Positions 1 through 9,912 of a stretch of 32,000 bases of DNA are shown piece after piece. The notes beneath the pieces are model-generated. The model searched no databases and had not been told where the DNA came from. It saw only the letters and a program-made list of their open reading frames with translations. The stretch is from an uncultured Candidatus Saccharibacteria bacterium. Lineage in GTDB: Bacteria; Patescibacteriota; UBA1384; XYA2-FULL-43-10; 1-14-0-10-43-13. The stretch's first letter is position 1. Every line of letters begins with the position of its first letter. The stretch spans positions 330,001 to 362,000 of the forward strand of contig CAZIYE010000001.1 in NCBI GenBank assembly GCA_964543385.1, read 5' to 3'. A program made the position numbers and the translations under genes.

Positions 1-374
1 TTGTATAACTCCTTAACTTTCGGAACAAACTCCCGTAAAAATATTATATCGGCCATAACTCTATCTGTTCTACTCCGTATATCCATATAGGCAATGCCGT
101 CTTCCGCCCTTAAAGCAACTTTAGCCATCTCTTCACGAAGATCTAACGAAAAATCACTCAATTTTTTATGGATCTCTCTAAAGCTTTGGCTGGCTTTATC
201 TTCTCCGTTTAAAAGGTCAGGATCAGATTCTATCATAGTCAATGTACAATGCCGTCCATATGCTATCATGGGCTTTAAATTATTATAAAGAGTGATCTCG
301 TCTAGCAATCTTTTAACTTCGGCCGAAATCTCTTCTGGACTAAGATATTCTTCTCCATTCTCTATTTCTGACAT
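1..374 (-). CDS. hypothetical protein, N-terminal 124 codons only (continues beyond window start)
   Basis: My reverse-complement read from ATG 374..372 gives MSEIENGEEYLSPEEISAEVKRLLDEITLYNNLKPMIAYGRHCTLTMIESDPDLLNGEDKASQSFREIHKKLSDFSLDLREEMAKVALRAEDGIAYMDIRSRTDRVMADIIFLREFVPKVKELY with no stop down to position 3. It is absent from the ORF track because it has no in-window stop. Its start overlaps the upstream stop as TGATG (376..372). No family recognised. Confidence 0.5.
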   Translation of the reverse strand, partial: MSEIENGEEYLSPEEISAEVKRLLDEITLYNNLKPMIAYGRHCTLTMIESDPDLLNGEDKASQSFREIHKKLSDFSLDLREEMAKVALRAEDGIAYMDIRSRTDRVMADIIFLREFVPKVKELY

Positions 375-910
375 CAGATTGCCTTTGTATATTCTAATAA
401 CTTGTTAGCTGCTGCTGACAATTCAATATTTGATATTTGATACTCATTTTCATGGGCTATTTGGTTCCTGACCTTGTGCCCCTGCCATATTTCATTATAC
501 AAATTTTGGTTGACCGATGACTGAGCCTCCCTCAACCTATCTGCAAAAGTTTCCCCACTATAGCCTTGTGCTTTTAGCACATAGTCGACCAATTTATCAG
601 CTTCTATCACTAAATGTTTCAACTCTATTTCACTATTCGTATTTAGCATTGATTCAATCTGGTGTCTCTTCGTAACTACATAGTTTCGATCTTCCAGGCT
701 CATACCGACCTTATTGACACCAAATTTAATGCCTTTAAAAGGTAAGGAAACGAGCCACCATAAAGCCTTGAATAGACCAATAACTATTATCTCCAGAATG
801 GTCTGCTGATTCTGATTCCTCTTACCTTTATAATTTTGATTATAAGACATATTCTGACTTTTCTCGTTACTGTCATCTCGAGCTTGTGCGAGAGATCCCA
901 TGTGCTCCAT
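374..910 (-). CDS. single-pass membrane protein with C-terminal HEPN-like (DUF4145-like) helical domain
   Basis: ORF 374..922. The track start at 922 is GTG. The ATG at 910 is preceded by AAGGTGA (925..919) at about 8 nt, so I prefer 910. TM helix TILEIIVIGLFKALWWLVSLPF. The C-terminus EADKLVDYVLKAQGY..ETFADRL..WQGHKVRNQIAHE contains R-NQIA-H, which fits the HEPN Rx4-6H motif. Confidence 0.6.
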   Translation of the reverse strand: MEHMGSLAQARDDSNEKSQNMSYNQNYKGKRNQNQQTILEIIVIGLFKALWWLVSLPFKGIKFGVNKVGMSLEDRNYVVTKRHQIESMLNTNSEIELKHLVIEADKLVDYVLKAQGYSGETFADRLREAQSSVNQNLYNEIWQGHKVRNQIAHENEYQISNIELSAAANKLLEYTKAI

Positions 911-968
911 GAAATTTCTCACCTTTGGTTCGAAATGACAATCAATTAATAACTAAATTATAATAAAA

Positions 969-1706
969 TTATTTAATCTCAATTGAATTAATCAAAACTG
1001 GGTTAAGCGGTTTATCCTGATCATCTGCTGGAACCTCAGAAATCGCTTTCACGATATCAAGACCTTTGGTCACTTTCCCGAAAACCGTATGTTTGCCATC
1101 GAGATGAGGCTGTGCTTTCTCTGTCACAATGAAAAACTGGCTTCCATTAGTATCTGGTCCAGAATTAGCCATTGCTAGTGATCCTACTTCCATCTTGTGC
1201 GAGCTTAATTTCCTATCATAATTGTATCCAGTCTTCTCAAGATCCAGTACCTGACTTTCAGATAAACCTAAACTCTCAGGATTTATCTCATCCGCAAAAT
1301 AACCACCAAAAGCACTCTCGCCTCCAGTACCATCTCCGCTAGGATCACCACCCTGAATCATAAAGCCTTTAATAACTCTGTGCCAAGTTAGTTTGTCGTA
1401 GTAGCCTCTTTGAGACAGTTTGCTAAAATTATCAACTGTTTGCGGTGCATCATTATTATATAATTCTACCTCTACATCCCCCATCGATGTATGTATGATT
1501 GCTTGATCTCCCATGACTATTTCATCCTTTCTTATAAATGGAAAAGCTATTATTAGCAAAAGACAGATTGTGTACACCCAGACATCAATTTTCTTCCAAA
1601 AATTTGCAAATGGATTTTTTTCTACCTCAATTCTTCTGACAAAATCCTTCCGCTCTTTTTCAACCATGTCTCTTTTTTCTCTTTTGACCTTTGCTCTTTT
1701 TCCCAT
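969..1706 (-). CDS. cyclophilin-type peptidyl-prolyl cis-trans isomerase with N-terminal membrane anchor
   Basis: HRVIKGFMIQGGDPSGDGTGGES and SLAMANSGPDTNGSQFFI cyclophilin signatures; N-terminal basic stretch followed by TM helix VWVYTICLLLIIAFPF. Confidence 0.9.
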   Translation of the reverse strand: MGKRAKVKREKRDMVEKERKDFVRRIEVEKNPFANFWKKIDVWVYTICLLLIIAFPFIRKDEIVMGDQAIIHTSMGDVEVELYNNDAPQTVDNFSKLSQRGYYDKLTWHRVIKGFMIQGGDPSGDGTGGESAFGGYFADEINPESLGLSESQVLDLEKTGYNYDRKLSSHKMEVGSLAMANSGPDTNGSQFFIVTEKAQPHLDGKHTVFGKVTKGLDIVKAISEVPADDQDKPLNPVLINSIEIK

Positions 1707-1731
1707 ATCTAACCTTATATTTATAAAATAA

Positions 1732-3237
1732 TTAGTTTATCTTTGGTTTCTTTAGATGATGATTAGTTGACTTTTGAAATGCATAACCGATATTAAACAA
1801 AGTCTGCTCCCCCCACATTGGACCGATCAGCTGCATACCGACAGGCAAATCCTTTCCTTCTCTCTGTACGAAGCCCGCAGGGATACTCATCGCCGGTAAT
1901 CCTGCTGGATTTGCAGGCACGGTCAATATATCTGATAAATACATGCTCAAAGGATCATTTGTCTTTTCGCCAACTTTGAAAGCTGGAACTGGCGATACAG
2001 GGGCGACCAATACATCTATTTCTTTAAAGACCTTGTCAAACTCTTCTTTTATCAGGGTTCTGACTTTCTGAGCCTTTTTGTAATATGCATCATAATAACC
2101 AGCCGAAAGAACATAACTCCCGAGCATTATCCGTCTTTTTGCTTCATCGCCAAAGCCAAGAGCCCGAGATTTTTCATAAACTTGCTCTAACCCTCCTTTA
2201 AAATGTTCATCTTCCAGAACAGAAAGGCCGTAATGAATTCCATCATATCGTGCAAGATTTGAACTTACTTCTGCTGGCATTAAAATATAATAAACAGCAA
2301 GTGCAAAATGAGCCATTGGCAGTGAAACGTCACGAATGATTGCTCCAAGTTCTTCTAACTCTTTGATCGCATTTCTTACCATCTTCTCGACCTCTGAATC
2401 TAAACCATCCCCAAAGAATTCTTTTGGTATACCTATCTTCAGGCCCTTAATGTCTGACTTTAAATTTTGAGAGTAGTCTGGTGTTTCCTTTATAGAACTC
2501 GTTGAATCATGGCTATCATAACCAGAGATATATTTAAGTAGTATTGCAGCATCTTCAACCGTCTTTGTCATGGGCCCTGCCTGATCAAGCGAAGAAGCCA
2601 TCGCAATAGTGCCATATCGAGAAACACGACCATATGTAGGCTTAAAACCAGTAATCGAACAGTGGCTAGCTGGTTGTCTTATTGAACCACCAGTATCTGT
2701 TCCAATAGCAGCAATACAAAGATCAGCCGCAACTGCCGCTGCTGAACCGCCGGATGACCCCCCAGGTATTCTGTTTGTGTCCCAAGGATTTCGAGTAGTA
2801 GAATTAAATTCGGTAGCAGTATTGTAAGCTGAAGTTTCAGTAGATGATCCCATCGCAAACTGATCTAGATTTGTCTTGCCAATAAGTACAGCACCCGCTT
2901 CCCATAGTTTTCTTGTTACGCAAGACTCATAAATAGGAACATAGTTTTCTAATATTTTAGAAGCGGCAGTCGTCTTAACACCTTTTGTCAGAAATAAATC
3001 CTTGACCGCAATTGGAATACCATCAATTTCGCTTAGTGTTTTGCTATTTTTACGACGCTCATCGGAAGCTTTAGCCATCTCTAAGGCTTTTTCCTTGCAA
3101 AGTGTTATATATGAGCCAACCTTTGGCTCAACCTCTTCAATACGCTCAAAAATACTTGAGATCAGCTCAATAGCAGTAATCTCACCTTTAGCGAGTTTCT
3201 CAGAAGCTTCTTTTATTGTAAGTGAATATAATTCCAT
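1732..3237 (-). CDS. gatA: Asp/Glu-tRNA amidotransferase subunit A
   Basis: 501 aa, amidase signature GGSSGGSAAAVAA, KDLF..KG motif, full-length GatA-like architecture, downstream of gatC. Confidence 0.95.
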   Translation of the reverse strand: MELYSLTIKEASEKLAKGEITAIELISSIFERIEEVEPKVGSYITLCKEKALEMAKASDERRKNSKTLSEIDGIPIAVKDLFLTKGVKTTAASKILENYVPIYESCVTRKLWEAGAVLIGKTNLDQFAMGSSTETSAYNTATEFNSTTRNPWDTNRIPGGSSGGSAAAVAADLCIAAIGTDTGGSIRQPASHCSITGFKPTYGRVSRYGTIAMASSLDQAGPMTKTVEDAAILLKYISGYDSHDSTSSIKETPDYSQNLKSDIKGLKIGIPKEFFGDGLDSEVEKMVRNAIKELEELGAIIRDVSLPMAHFALAVYYILMPAEVSSNLARYDGIHYGLSVLEDEHFKGGLEQVYEKSRALGFGDEAKRRIMLGSYVLSAGYYDAYYKKAQKVRTLIKEEFDKVFKEIDVLVAPVSPVPAFKVGEKTNDPLSMYLSDILTVPANPAGLPAMSIPAGFVQREGKDLPVGMQLIGPMWGEQTLFNIGYAFQKSTNHHLKKPKIN

Positions 3238-3378
3238 GACTTTGTCATCCTCGGAACAGGCGAAGCCATGACCCGGGGATCCAGTTTACTAAATTTTTTA
3301 AATAGACTCCTGATCTCAAGCTTTCAGGCTGCCCGCAATCCAGTAACTTATGCAGGCGGGCCTAGAATGACATCTTTT
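3238..3378 (-). other. GC-enriched structured spacer between gatC and gatA (regulatory RNA element or miniature insertion)
   Basis: 141 nt where gatC-gatA are normally adjacent. Terminal 9-bp inverted repeat TGTCATCCT (3243-3251) / AGAATGACA (3364-3372), 8/9 complementary; the mismatch is G-U in RNA. Internal GC hairpin at 3326-3363 (AGGC+CCGC / GCGG+GCCT with a 3-nt bulge). Confidence 0.3.
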
Positions 3379-3672
3379 TTACTCAAATACCCCAGGCACC
3401 ACAAAACTGCCGTCTTTAAATTCTGGTGCATTCTTGGCAATATCGTCATGCGATATACCAGATTCTATTACCTCGTCTTCTCTATAAATATTTTCAAGAC
3501 CTGTAATATTTGCTGTTGGCAAAACACTGTCAGTATTAACCTGACTTAGCTGTTCAACATATGCCAAAACAGAGGAAAGCTGCTCGCTATAGAGCTCTTT
3601 CTCTTCTCCTGTCAATGATAGTTTAGAAAGTTTTGCAATATGCTCAACTTCATCAATACTTAGTTTGGCCAT
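3379..3672 (-). CDS. gatC: Asp/Glu-tRNA amidotransferase subunit C
   Basis: MAKLSIDEVEHIAKLSKLSLTGEEKELYSEQLSSVLAYVEQL matches the canonical GatC N-terminus, so ATG 3672 is preferred over the longer ORF start at 3708. Confidence 0.85.
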   Translation of the reverse strand: MAKLSIDEVEHIAKLSKLSLTGEEKELYSEQLSSVLAYVEQLSQVNTDSVLPTANITGLENIYREDEVIESGISHDDIAKNAPEFKDGSFVVPGVFE

Positions 3673-3738
3673 AAAAAAAGCGTTAATATTACATCCAAAT
3701 CCTAACATTAACGCTCACAAAGTTCAACTGCAATATCC

Positions 3739-4599
3739 CTATGTGTCTTTCTCACTTTTAATATCATCCTTACCGCCCAGAAAAAGTCCTCTGTTTATCT
3801 CCGTATTTGGAATATTTACGATCTGCAATCTTTTTCCCGTTCGACCATGAATTAAAGTATAAACTGCCATTCTTATCCCACTAGGGATAAAGAAAAAGAG
3901 ATATTTAAATAATGCAAGGAATGTCCACCTGTCATACATGGGCTGTGTCTGATGATGCCTTAGGGCAGCATGCAATTGTGCAGCTGTTTTGCCCTCAAAA
4001 AGCGTATAACCCTTGCCTATAGCCTCTACAATATGAGCATCACTCGATCCTGTTTCCCCCCGAAATAATAATGTTCTATTAACAAAACCAGCTCTAAGAT
4101 TCTCCTCTTCTAATGTCGGAGTAGCATTCACAATTTCAATAGCATCAAGATTTTCCTTTTCTTTCATGAGAGTGACCAGCCCAATACCGTCAAGAGTAGC
4201 ATAATGAGGATGACGAATTCTGACATGTTGGAAAGGATGGGCCGCAATCGAAATTCCTCCCTGTTCTTTGATTTTCTTTAAAGCCAAATGGGCACTAATA
4301 TTTGCTGGGATTTTTTCTGTTAAGAAAAGGCCAACTATATGTCCCTCTTTGCAAGTCACCTCTTCGCCGACTATTAATTCGAATCGGTATTTTTTCCTTT
4401 TCATCACTTCAACGGCCTCTAAGGCGCCATCAATCTTATCGTGGTCCGTAATAGCAATAACATCCAGATCAGTTTTGTTCTCAACATAATCTAGTATCTC
4501 TTCTACCGTCGGCCTTCCATCAGAATGATTAGAATGAATATGCAAATCAGCCTTACCTAGATGAGCTAGTTCTTCAATTTTGTGTATTCCGTGCTTCAT
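3739..4599 (-). CDS. PHP-domain metal-dependent phosphoesterase with C-terminal hydrophobic segment
   Basis: ADLHIHSNHSDG, ITDHD and AAHP PHP motifs; C-terminal WTFLALFKYLFFFIPSGIRMAVYTLI. Confidence 0.85.
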   Translation of the reverse strand: MKHGIHKIEELAHLGKADLHIHSNHSDGRPTVEEILDYVENKTDLDVIAITDHDKIDGALEAVEVMKRKKYRFELIVGEEVTCKEGHIVGLFLTEKIPANISAHLALKKIKEQGGISIAAHPFQHVRIRHPHYATLDGIGLVTLMKEKENLDAIEIVNATPTLEEENLRAGFVNRTLLFRGETGSSDAHIVEAIGKGYTLFEGKTAAQLHAALRHHQTQPMYDRWTFLALFKYLFFFIPSGIRMAVYTLIHGRTGKRLQIVNIPNTEINRGLFLGGKDDIKSEKDT

Positions 4600-4605
4600 T
4601 ATTGC

Positions 4606-6662
<2,057 letters not shown>

Positions 6663-6693
6663 TAGAAAAAGAACTCTCATAAAGTCACGATTT

Positions 6694-6722
6694 GAACGGA
6701 ATTAGAGCATTTAATTCTGTTC
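6694..6722. promoter_or_regulatory. 10-bp inverted repeat in the ligA/DHH divergent intergenic region (candidate operator)
   Basis: GAACGGAATT (6694-6703), 9 nt, AATTCTGTTC (6713-6722), 9/10 complementary. The right arm sits where the -35 of the plus-strand promoter would be. Confidence 0.35.
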
Positions 6723-6737
6723 AGTATTTATCGTTTC

Positions 6738-6746
6738 TGTTATAAA
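6738..6746 (+). promoter_or_regulatory. putative extended -10 promoter of the DHH gene, leaderless geometry
   Basis: TGtTATAAA (6738-6746), then 6 nt (taagat) and ATG 6753. No SD. Confidence 0.45.
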
Positions 6747-6752
6747 TAAGAT

Positions 6753-7676
6753 ATGAAAGAAAATTTGATTATTACAAGTTATGATGGACCTGATCTCGAT
6801 GGTACTGCCTCTGCAATAGCCTATTCAGAATTACTATGTGAAAATGGACAGTTTGCAATGCCCATACTAACAGGTCAACCACATCCTGAAGTTAAATACA
6901 TTCTTGAACGCCTCCACATAGACTATCCTACCGGAAATATTGATTCAGAATCAAAGATTATATTAGTTGATACAAGCGATCTACCTGGACTTTCCAGATC
7001 AATAAACCCCGAAAAGGTGGTAGAGATAATTGATCACCGCAAAGTATCAGATGAAAATGCTTTCAAGAATGCAAAAAAACAAATTGAATTAGTGGGGGCG
7101 GCAGCCACCCTCATTACTGAGAAGTTTTACGATCAGAAAATAAAACCGACAGAAATTTCGGCTATTTTGCTTTATAGAGGAATGATTTCAAATACCTTGA
7201 ATTTCCAATCTGCAAGCACTACAAAAAGAGATCTAGACATGGCGAATTGGTTATCAAATATTGCGGAAATTCCAACCGATTTAGCTAAAGAAATGTTTGA
7301 TGCCAAAACAAAAGCTATCCTTCAAAATCTCGAGAAAAATCTTGAAGATGATCTTAAAATACAAAATTGCGATAATACTTCAGTTGGAATAGCACAATTA
7401 GAACTAGCAAGTTCAGCCACAATTCTTAGTTGTCTGGCCCAAATAAATAGCGCTCTTTTGACAATCAAAAGAAAGTTATCTTTGGATGATATTTTCCTAA
7501 CAGTTGTAGATATTAATGAAAAATTTAATTTAATTATCGCCCCAGAAGAAAAGATTCATTCTGTTCTCGAGAAATCTCTCCATATAACATTCAAAGACGG
7601 TTATGCTGTTCGACCAGGCCTTATCTTACAAAAAGAAATAATTCCACTAATAAAGGAACTTTATGACAGAAGTTAA
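6753..7676 (+). CDS. DHH/DHHA2-family phosphoesterase, family II inorganic pyrophosphatase-like
   Basis: 307 aa. N-terminal SYDGPDLDGTASAIAY (DxD motif), LVDTSD, IIDHRK in the DHH position. Length and layout resemble family II PPase, but the first His and second DHH His are replaced (Y, R). Confidence 0.75.
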   Translation: MKENLIITSYDGPDLDGTASAIAYSELLCENGQFAMPILTGQPHPEVKYILERLHIDYPTGNIDSESKIILVDTSDLPGLSRSINPEKVVEIIDHRKVSDENAFKNAKKQIELVGAAATLITEKFYDQKIKPTEISAILLYRGMISNTLNFQSASTTKRDLDMANWLSNIAEIPTDLAKEMFDAKTKAILQNLEKNLEDDLKIQNCDNTSVGIAQLELASSATILSCLAQINSALLTIKRKLSLDDIFLTVVDINEKFNLIIAPEEKIHSVLEKSLHITFKDGYAVRPGLILQKEIIPLIKELYDRS

Positions 7677-8307
7677 GATATTGCTTGAAGGGTACACTAA
7701 CGCCGACAAGAAAAATGCCGACGAAGAAGAGAGCACTAGATGTACTAGTACTCTAATTAGAAGCGATAATATGATTATTATTTCCGATCCTGGAGTCTTA
7801 ACCAGTCAGCAGATAATGATTGATGCTTTGGCTAAAGAGAATTTAACCGTCAATGATATTACCCACGTTTTTATCACGCACTCCCACATGGATCACTACC
7901 GAAATATTGGCATGTTCCCAACAGCCAAAGCTATTGATTATTGGGGTATCTGGTATGAAGATAAAATCGATGATTTACCAGAGAAATTGAATAACGATAT
8001 TTCTGTTGTTAATACCCCGGGCCATAATTACGATAACTTAACTATGATTGTCAAAACAGACAATGGTAAAATTGCCATTGTCGGAGACCTCTGGTGGAGC
8101 GAAAGAGGTCCAGAAATTGATCCCTATGCATCAGATATGATTGAACTAAAAAAGTCTCGTACAAAGATATTAGAACTCGCCGGCTATATAATTCCCGGAC
8201 ATGGCAAAATGTTTAAAATAGTTTTAAAATTCCCCAGAGGCCTAAAAGGCCCTGGGGAGGATGCCACCAAACAAACAGTACGAAAAAAAGTACCAGTACT
8301 ACTATAA
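7663..8307 (+). CDS. MBL-fold metallo-hydrolase
   Basis: HxHxDH motif THSHMDHYRN, later TPGHN and IPGHG. Overlaps the DHH gene by 14 nt. Confidence 0.8.
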   Translation: MTEVKILLEGYTNADKKNADEEESTRCTSTLIRSDNMIIISDPGVLTSQQIMIDALAKENLTVNDITHVFITHSHMDHYRNIGMFPTAKAIDYWGIWYEDKIDDLPEKLNNDISVVNTPGHNYDNLTMIVKTDNGKIAIVGDLWWSERGPEIDPYASDMIELKKSRTKILELAGYIIPGHGKMFKIVLKFPRGLKGPGEDATKQTVRKKVPVLL

Positions 8308-8461
8308 GAAATACGAGTACTGAAATAAAAATTCTCCACTGTAAATCTGGCGTGATCGGATTGCCGCGTTTTGTAGTAGCCTTAATCCCGAAGAAAAACA
8401 CAAGCAGGGCAATCACGAGACCCGCTGCAAGCGGTATTGCTAACAAAACAAGAGTATTCAT
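8213..8461 (-). CDS. small two-TM membrane protein (82 aa)
   Basis: Two clear hydrophobic helices. Strong SD AAGGGGGAGAG (8478..8468) upstream of ATG 8461. Follows htpX on the same strand. Its last 95 nt overlap the convergent MBL ORF. Confidence 0.5.
   Translation of the reverse strand: MNTLVLLAIPLAAGLVIALLVFFFGIKATTKRGNPITPDLQWRIFISVLVFLIVVLVLFFVLFVWWHPPQGLLGLWGILKLF
8232..8257 (-). terminator. GC-rich hairpin, likely terminator of the htpX/small-TM transcript, possibly bidirectional
   Basis: CCCCAGAGGCC (8232-8242), loop TAAAA, GGCCCTGGGG (8248-8257): 10 bp with one bulge. On the minus strand it is followed by AATTTTAAAACTATTTT. Confidence 0.5.
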
Positions 8462-8534
8462 CTATCACTCTCCCCCTTCTGCAATGTGATAGTACTATAA
8501 ATTAATTAGGTCATTATGTCAATAGAAAAATGGT

Positions 8535-9446
8535 CTAGAGACTCATGTCTCGCAAAACTTTAATCCGCTCCTTTATTGGCGGATGAGTTGCAAATATTTT
8601 AGTAAAAAAAGATTGGTCTTTTTCTCCACCCTCACTACCTAAAGGATTAGAAATATATAAATGAGCAGTAGCAGAACTCGCATGCTCGATTGGTTCTTTA
8701 GATCTGGAAATTTTTTCTAAGGCAGCAGCAAGCCCTTCTGGATATCTTGTTAACAAAGCTCCGTCAGCATCTGCGAGGAATTCTCTTTTTCGAGATATCG
8801 CCAGTTGAATCAACATGGCAACTATTGGCGCCAAAACTGCTGCTACTATCGCCAAGATAGCCATCAGCTGGCCACTATCATTTCGATCATCTCTGCTACG
8901 TCCGAATCCAAAAATACGAGACCTTAAGAATAGGTCTGAGACAACGGCGATAATACCAACAAGTATAGCCGTAATTGTCATCAAACGAATATCATAATTG
9001 CCAACATGAGACATTTCATGTGCTATAACACCCTGAAGCTCATTTTTGCTCAATTGCTGCAGTAAGCCAGATGTCACAGCGATTGAAGCATGTTTCGGGT
9101 CTCGCCCAGTGGCAAAAGCATTTGGAACTGGTTCGGAAATAACATAGATCTTTGGCATCGGCAGTCCAGAAGTTATCGCGATATTTTCGACAATATTCCA
9201 AAGCTCCTGATTATCTTTTTTTACAATCTCTTGCGCTCCTGATGTGGCCAAAATAATTTTGTCACCCGAATAATAACCCACCAAGGACTGAGTTATTGCA
9301 ATTATAATTGCAATAATCAATATTAGAGGAGAATTATAATTATAAGAAAAGAACCATCCCAACCCAATAACAATAACCACGAATAAGAAAACCAGCAAAA
9401 AGCTCCTTCTTTTGTTTGAATCAGCTTGTACCCAAAGATTTTTCAT
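8535..9446 (-). CDS. htpX: M48-family zinc metalloprotease HtpX
   Basis: HEMSHV (HExxH), four TM segments, C-terminal ATHPPIKERI typical of HtpX. Confidence 0.9.
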   Translation of the reverse strand: MKNLWVQADSNKRRSFLLVFLFVVIVIGLGWFFSYNYNSPLILIIAIIIAITQSLVGYYSGDKIILATSGAQEIVKKDNQELWNIVENIAITSGLPMPKIYVISEPVPNAFATGRDPKHASIAVTSGLLQQLSKNELQGVIAHEMSHVGNYDIRLMTITAILVGIIAVVSDLFLRSRIFGFGRSRDDRNDSGQLMAILAIVAAVLAPIVAMLIQLAISRKREFLADADGALLTRYPEGLAAALEKISRSKEPIEHASSATAHLYISNPLGSEGGEKDQSFFTKIFATHPPIKERIKVLRDMSL

Positions 9447-9534
9447 ATTACAAATCTAGACTATATAAATAGATTAAACAAGAACTATGCATATCAAAAA
9501 AACAAAAAAGAACTAAGAACTTATCGTGGAACAA

Positions 9535-9894
9535 CTATTTAGCAAATTTGCCAATAAAAGGTAATGGTCTTTCATGACCAGTCGCTACATTTATTATGCC
9601 GACAACAAAACAAACAAGAATGAAGAGTGCAAACAGTATTGGCAGAATTGAGACATAAAATGTAAAGAAAAAAACAACCGTAACAATCAATAGTGCTATC
9701 CCCTGACGAACATGAAATTGCACAAAACTACTTTTCTTGCAGAAAAAAAGAGGTATGAGTAGCAGAACATTAAAATATGCTAATAACGCACAGATTGTCA
9801 GTCCGTTGAATTTTCTTAAATTAAATTTCGACCAATCAAGATTTCTAATCTTAATTTTTGGAACATTGATTGTCGATAAAGGTAATTTGCCCAT
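9535..9894 (-). CDS. small integral membrane protein, DUF4870-like (tentative)
   Basis: LLIPLFFCKKSSFVQFHVRQGIALLIVTVVFF resembles the DUF4870 pattern. SD AGGAAA lies 4-5 nt before ATG 9894. Confidence 0.55.
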   Translation of the reverse strand: MGKLPLSTINVPKIKIRNLDWSKFNLRKFNGLTICALLAYFNVLLLIPLFFCKKSSFVQFHVRQGIALLIVTVVFFFTFYVSILPILFALFILVCFVVGIINVATGHERPLPFIGKFAK

Positions 9895-9912
9895 TTGTTT
9901 CCTACTATTTAG

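Noticed and set aside
94-288. 64-aa plus-strand ORF at the left edge
   Set aside because: It is antisense to the uninterrupted minus-strand reading frame (1..374), which is translationally coupled to the upstream gene.
911-922. GTG start at 922 for the HEPN-like gene
   Set aside because: The SD-like AAGGTGA overlaps this GTG and is correctly spaced for ATG 910. The difference is only 4 codons.
3272-3282. CCCGGGGATCC (SmaI/XmaI plus BamHI sites, identical to 11 nt of the pUC polylinker) inside the gatC-gatA spacer, raising the possibility of vector contamination
   Set aside because: Only 11 nt match, and the flanks (GAC...AGTTTAC) do not continue the polylinker (GGTAC...TCTAGA). A chance occurrence in a GC-enriched palindromic segment is more likely.
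3673-3708. Longer gatC start at 3708 (MLGFGCNINAFF...)
   Set aside because: The extra 12 residues do not resemble GatC, whereas MAKLSIDEVEHIAKL from ATG 3672 matches the canonical GatC N-terminus.
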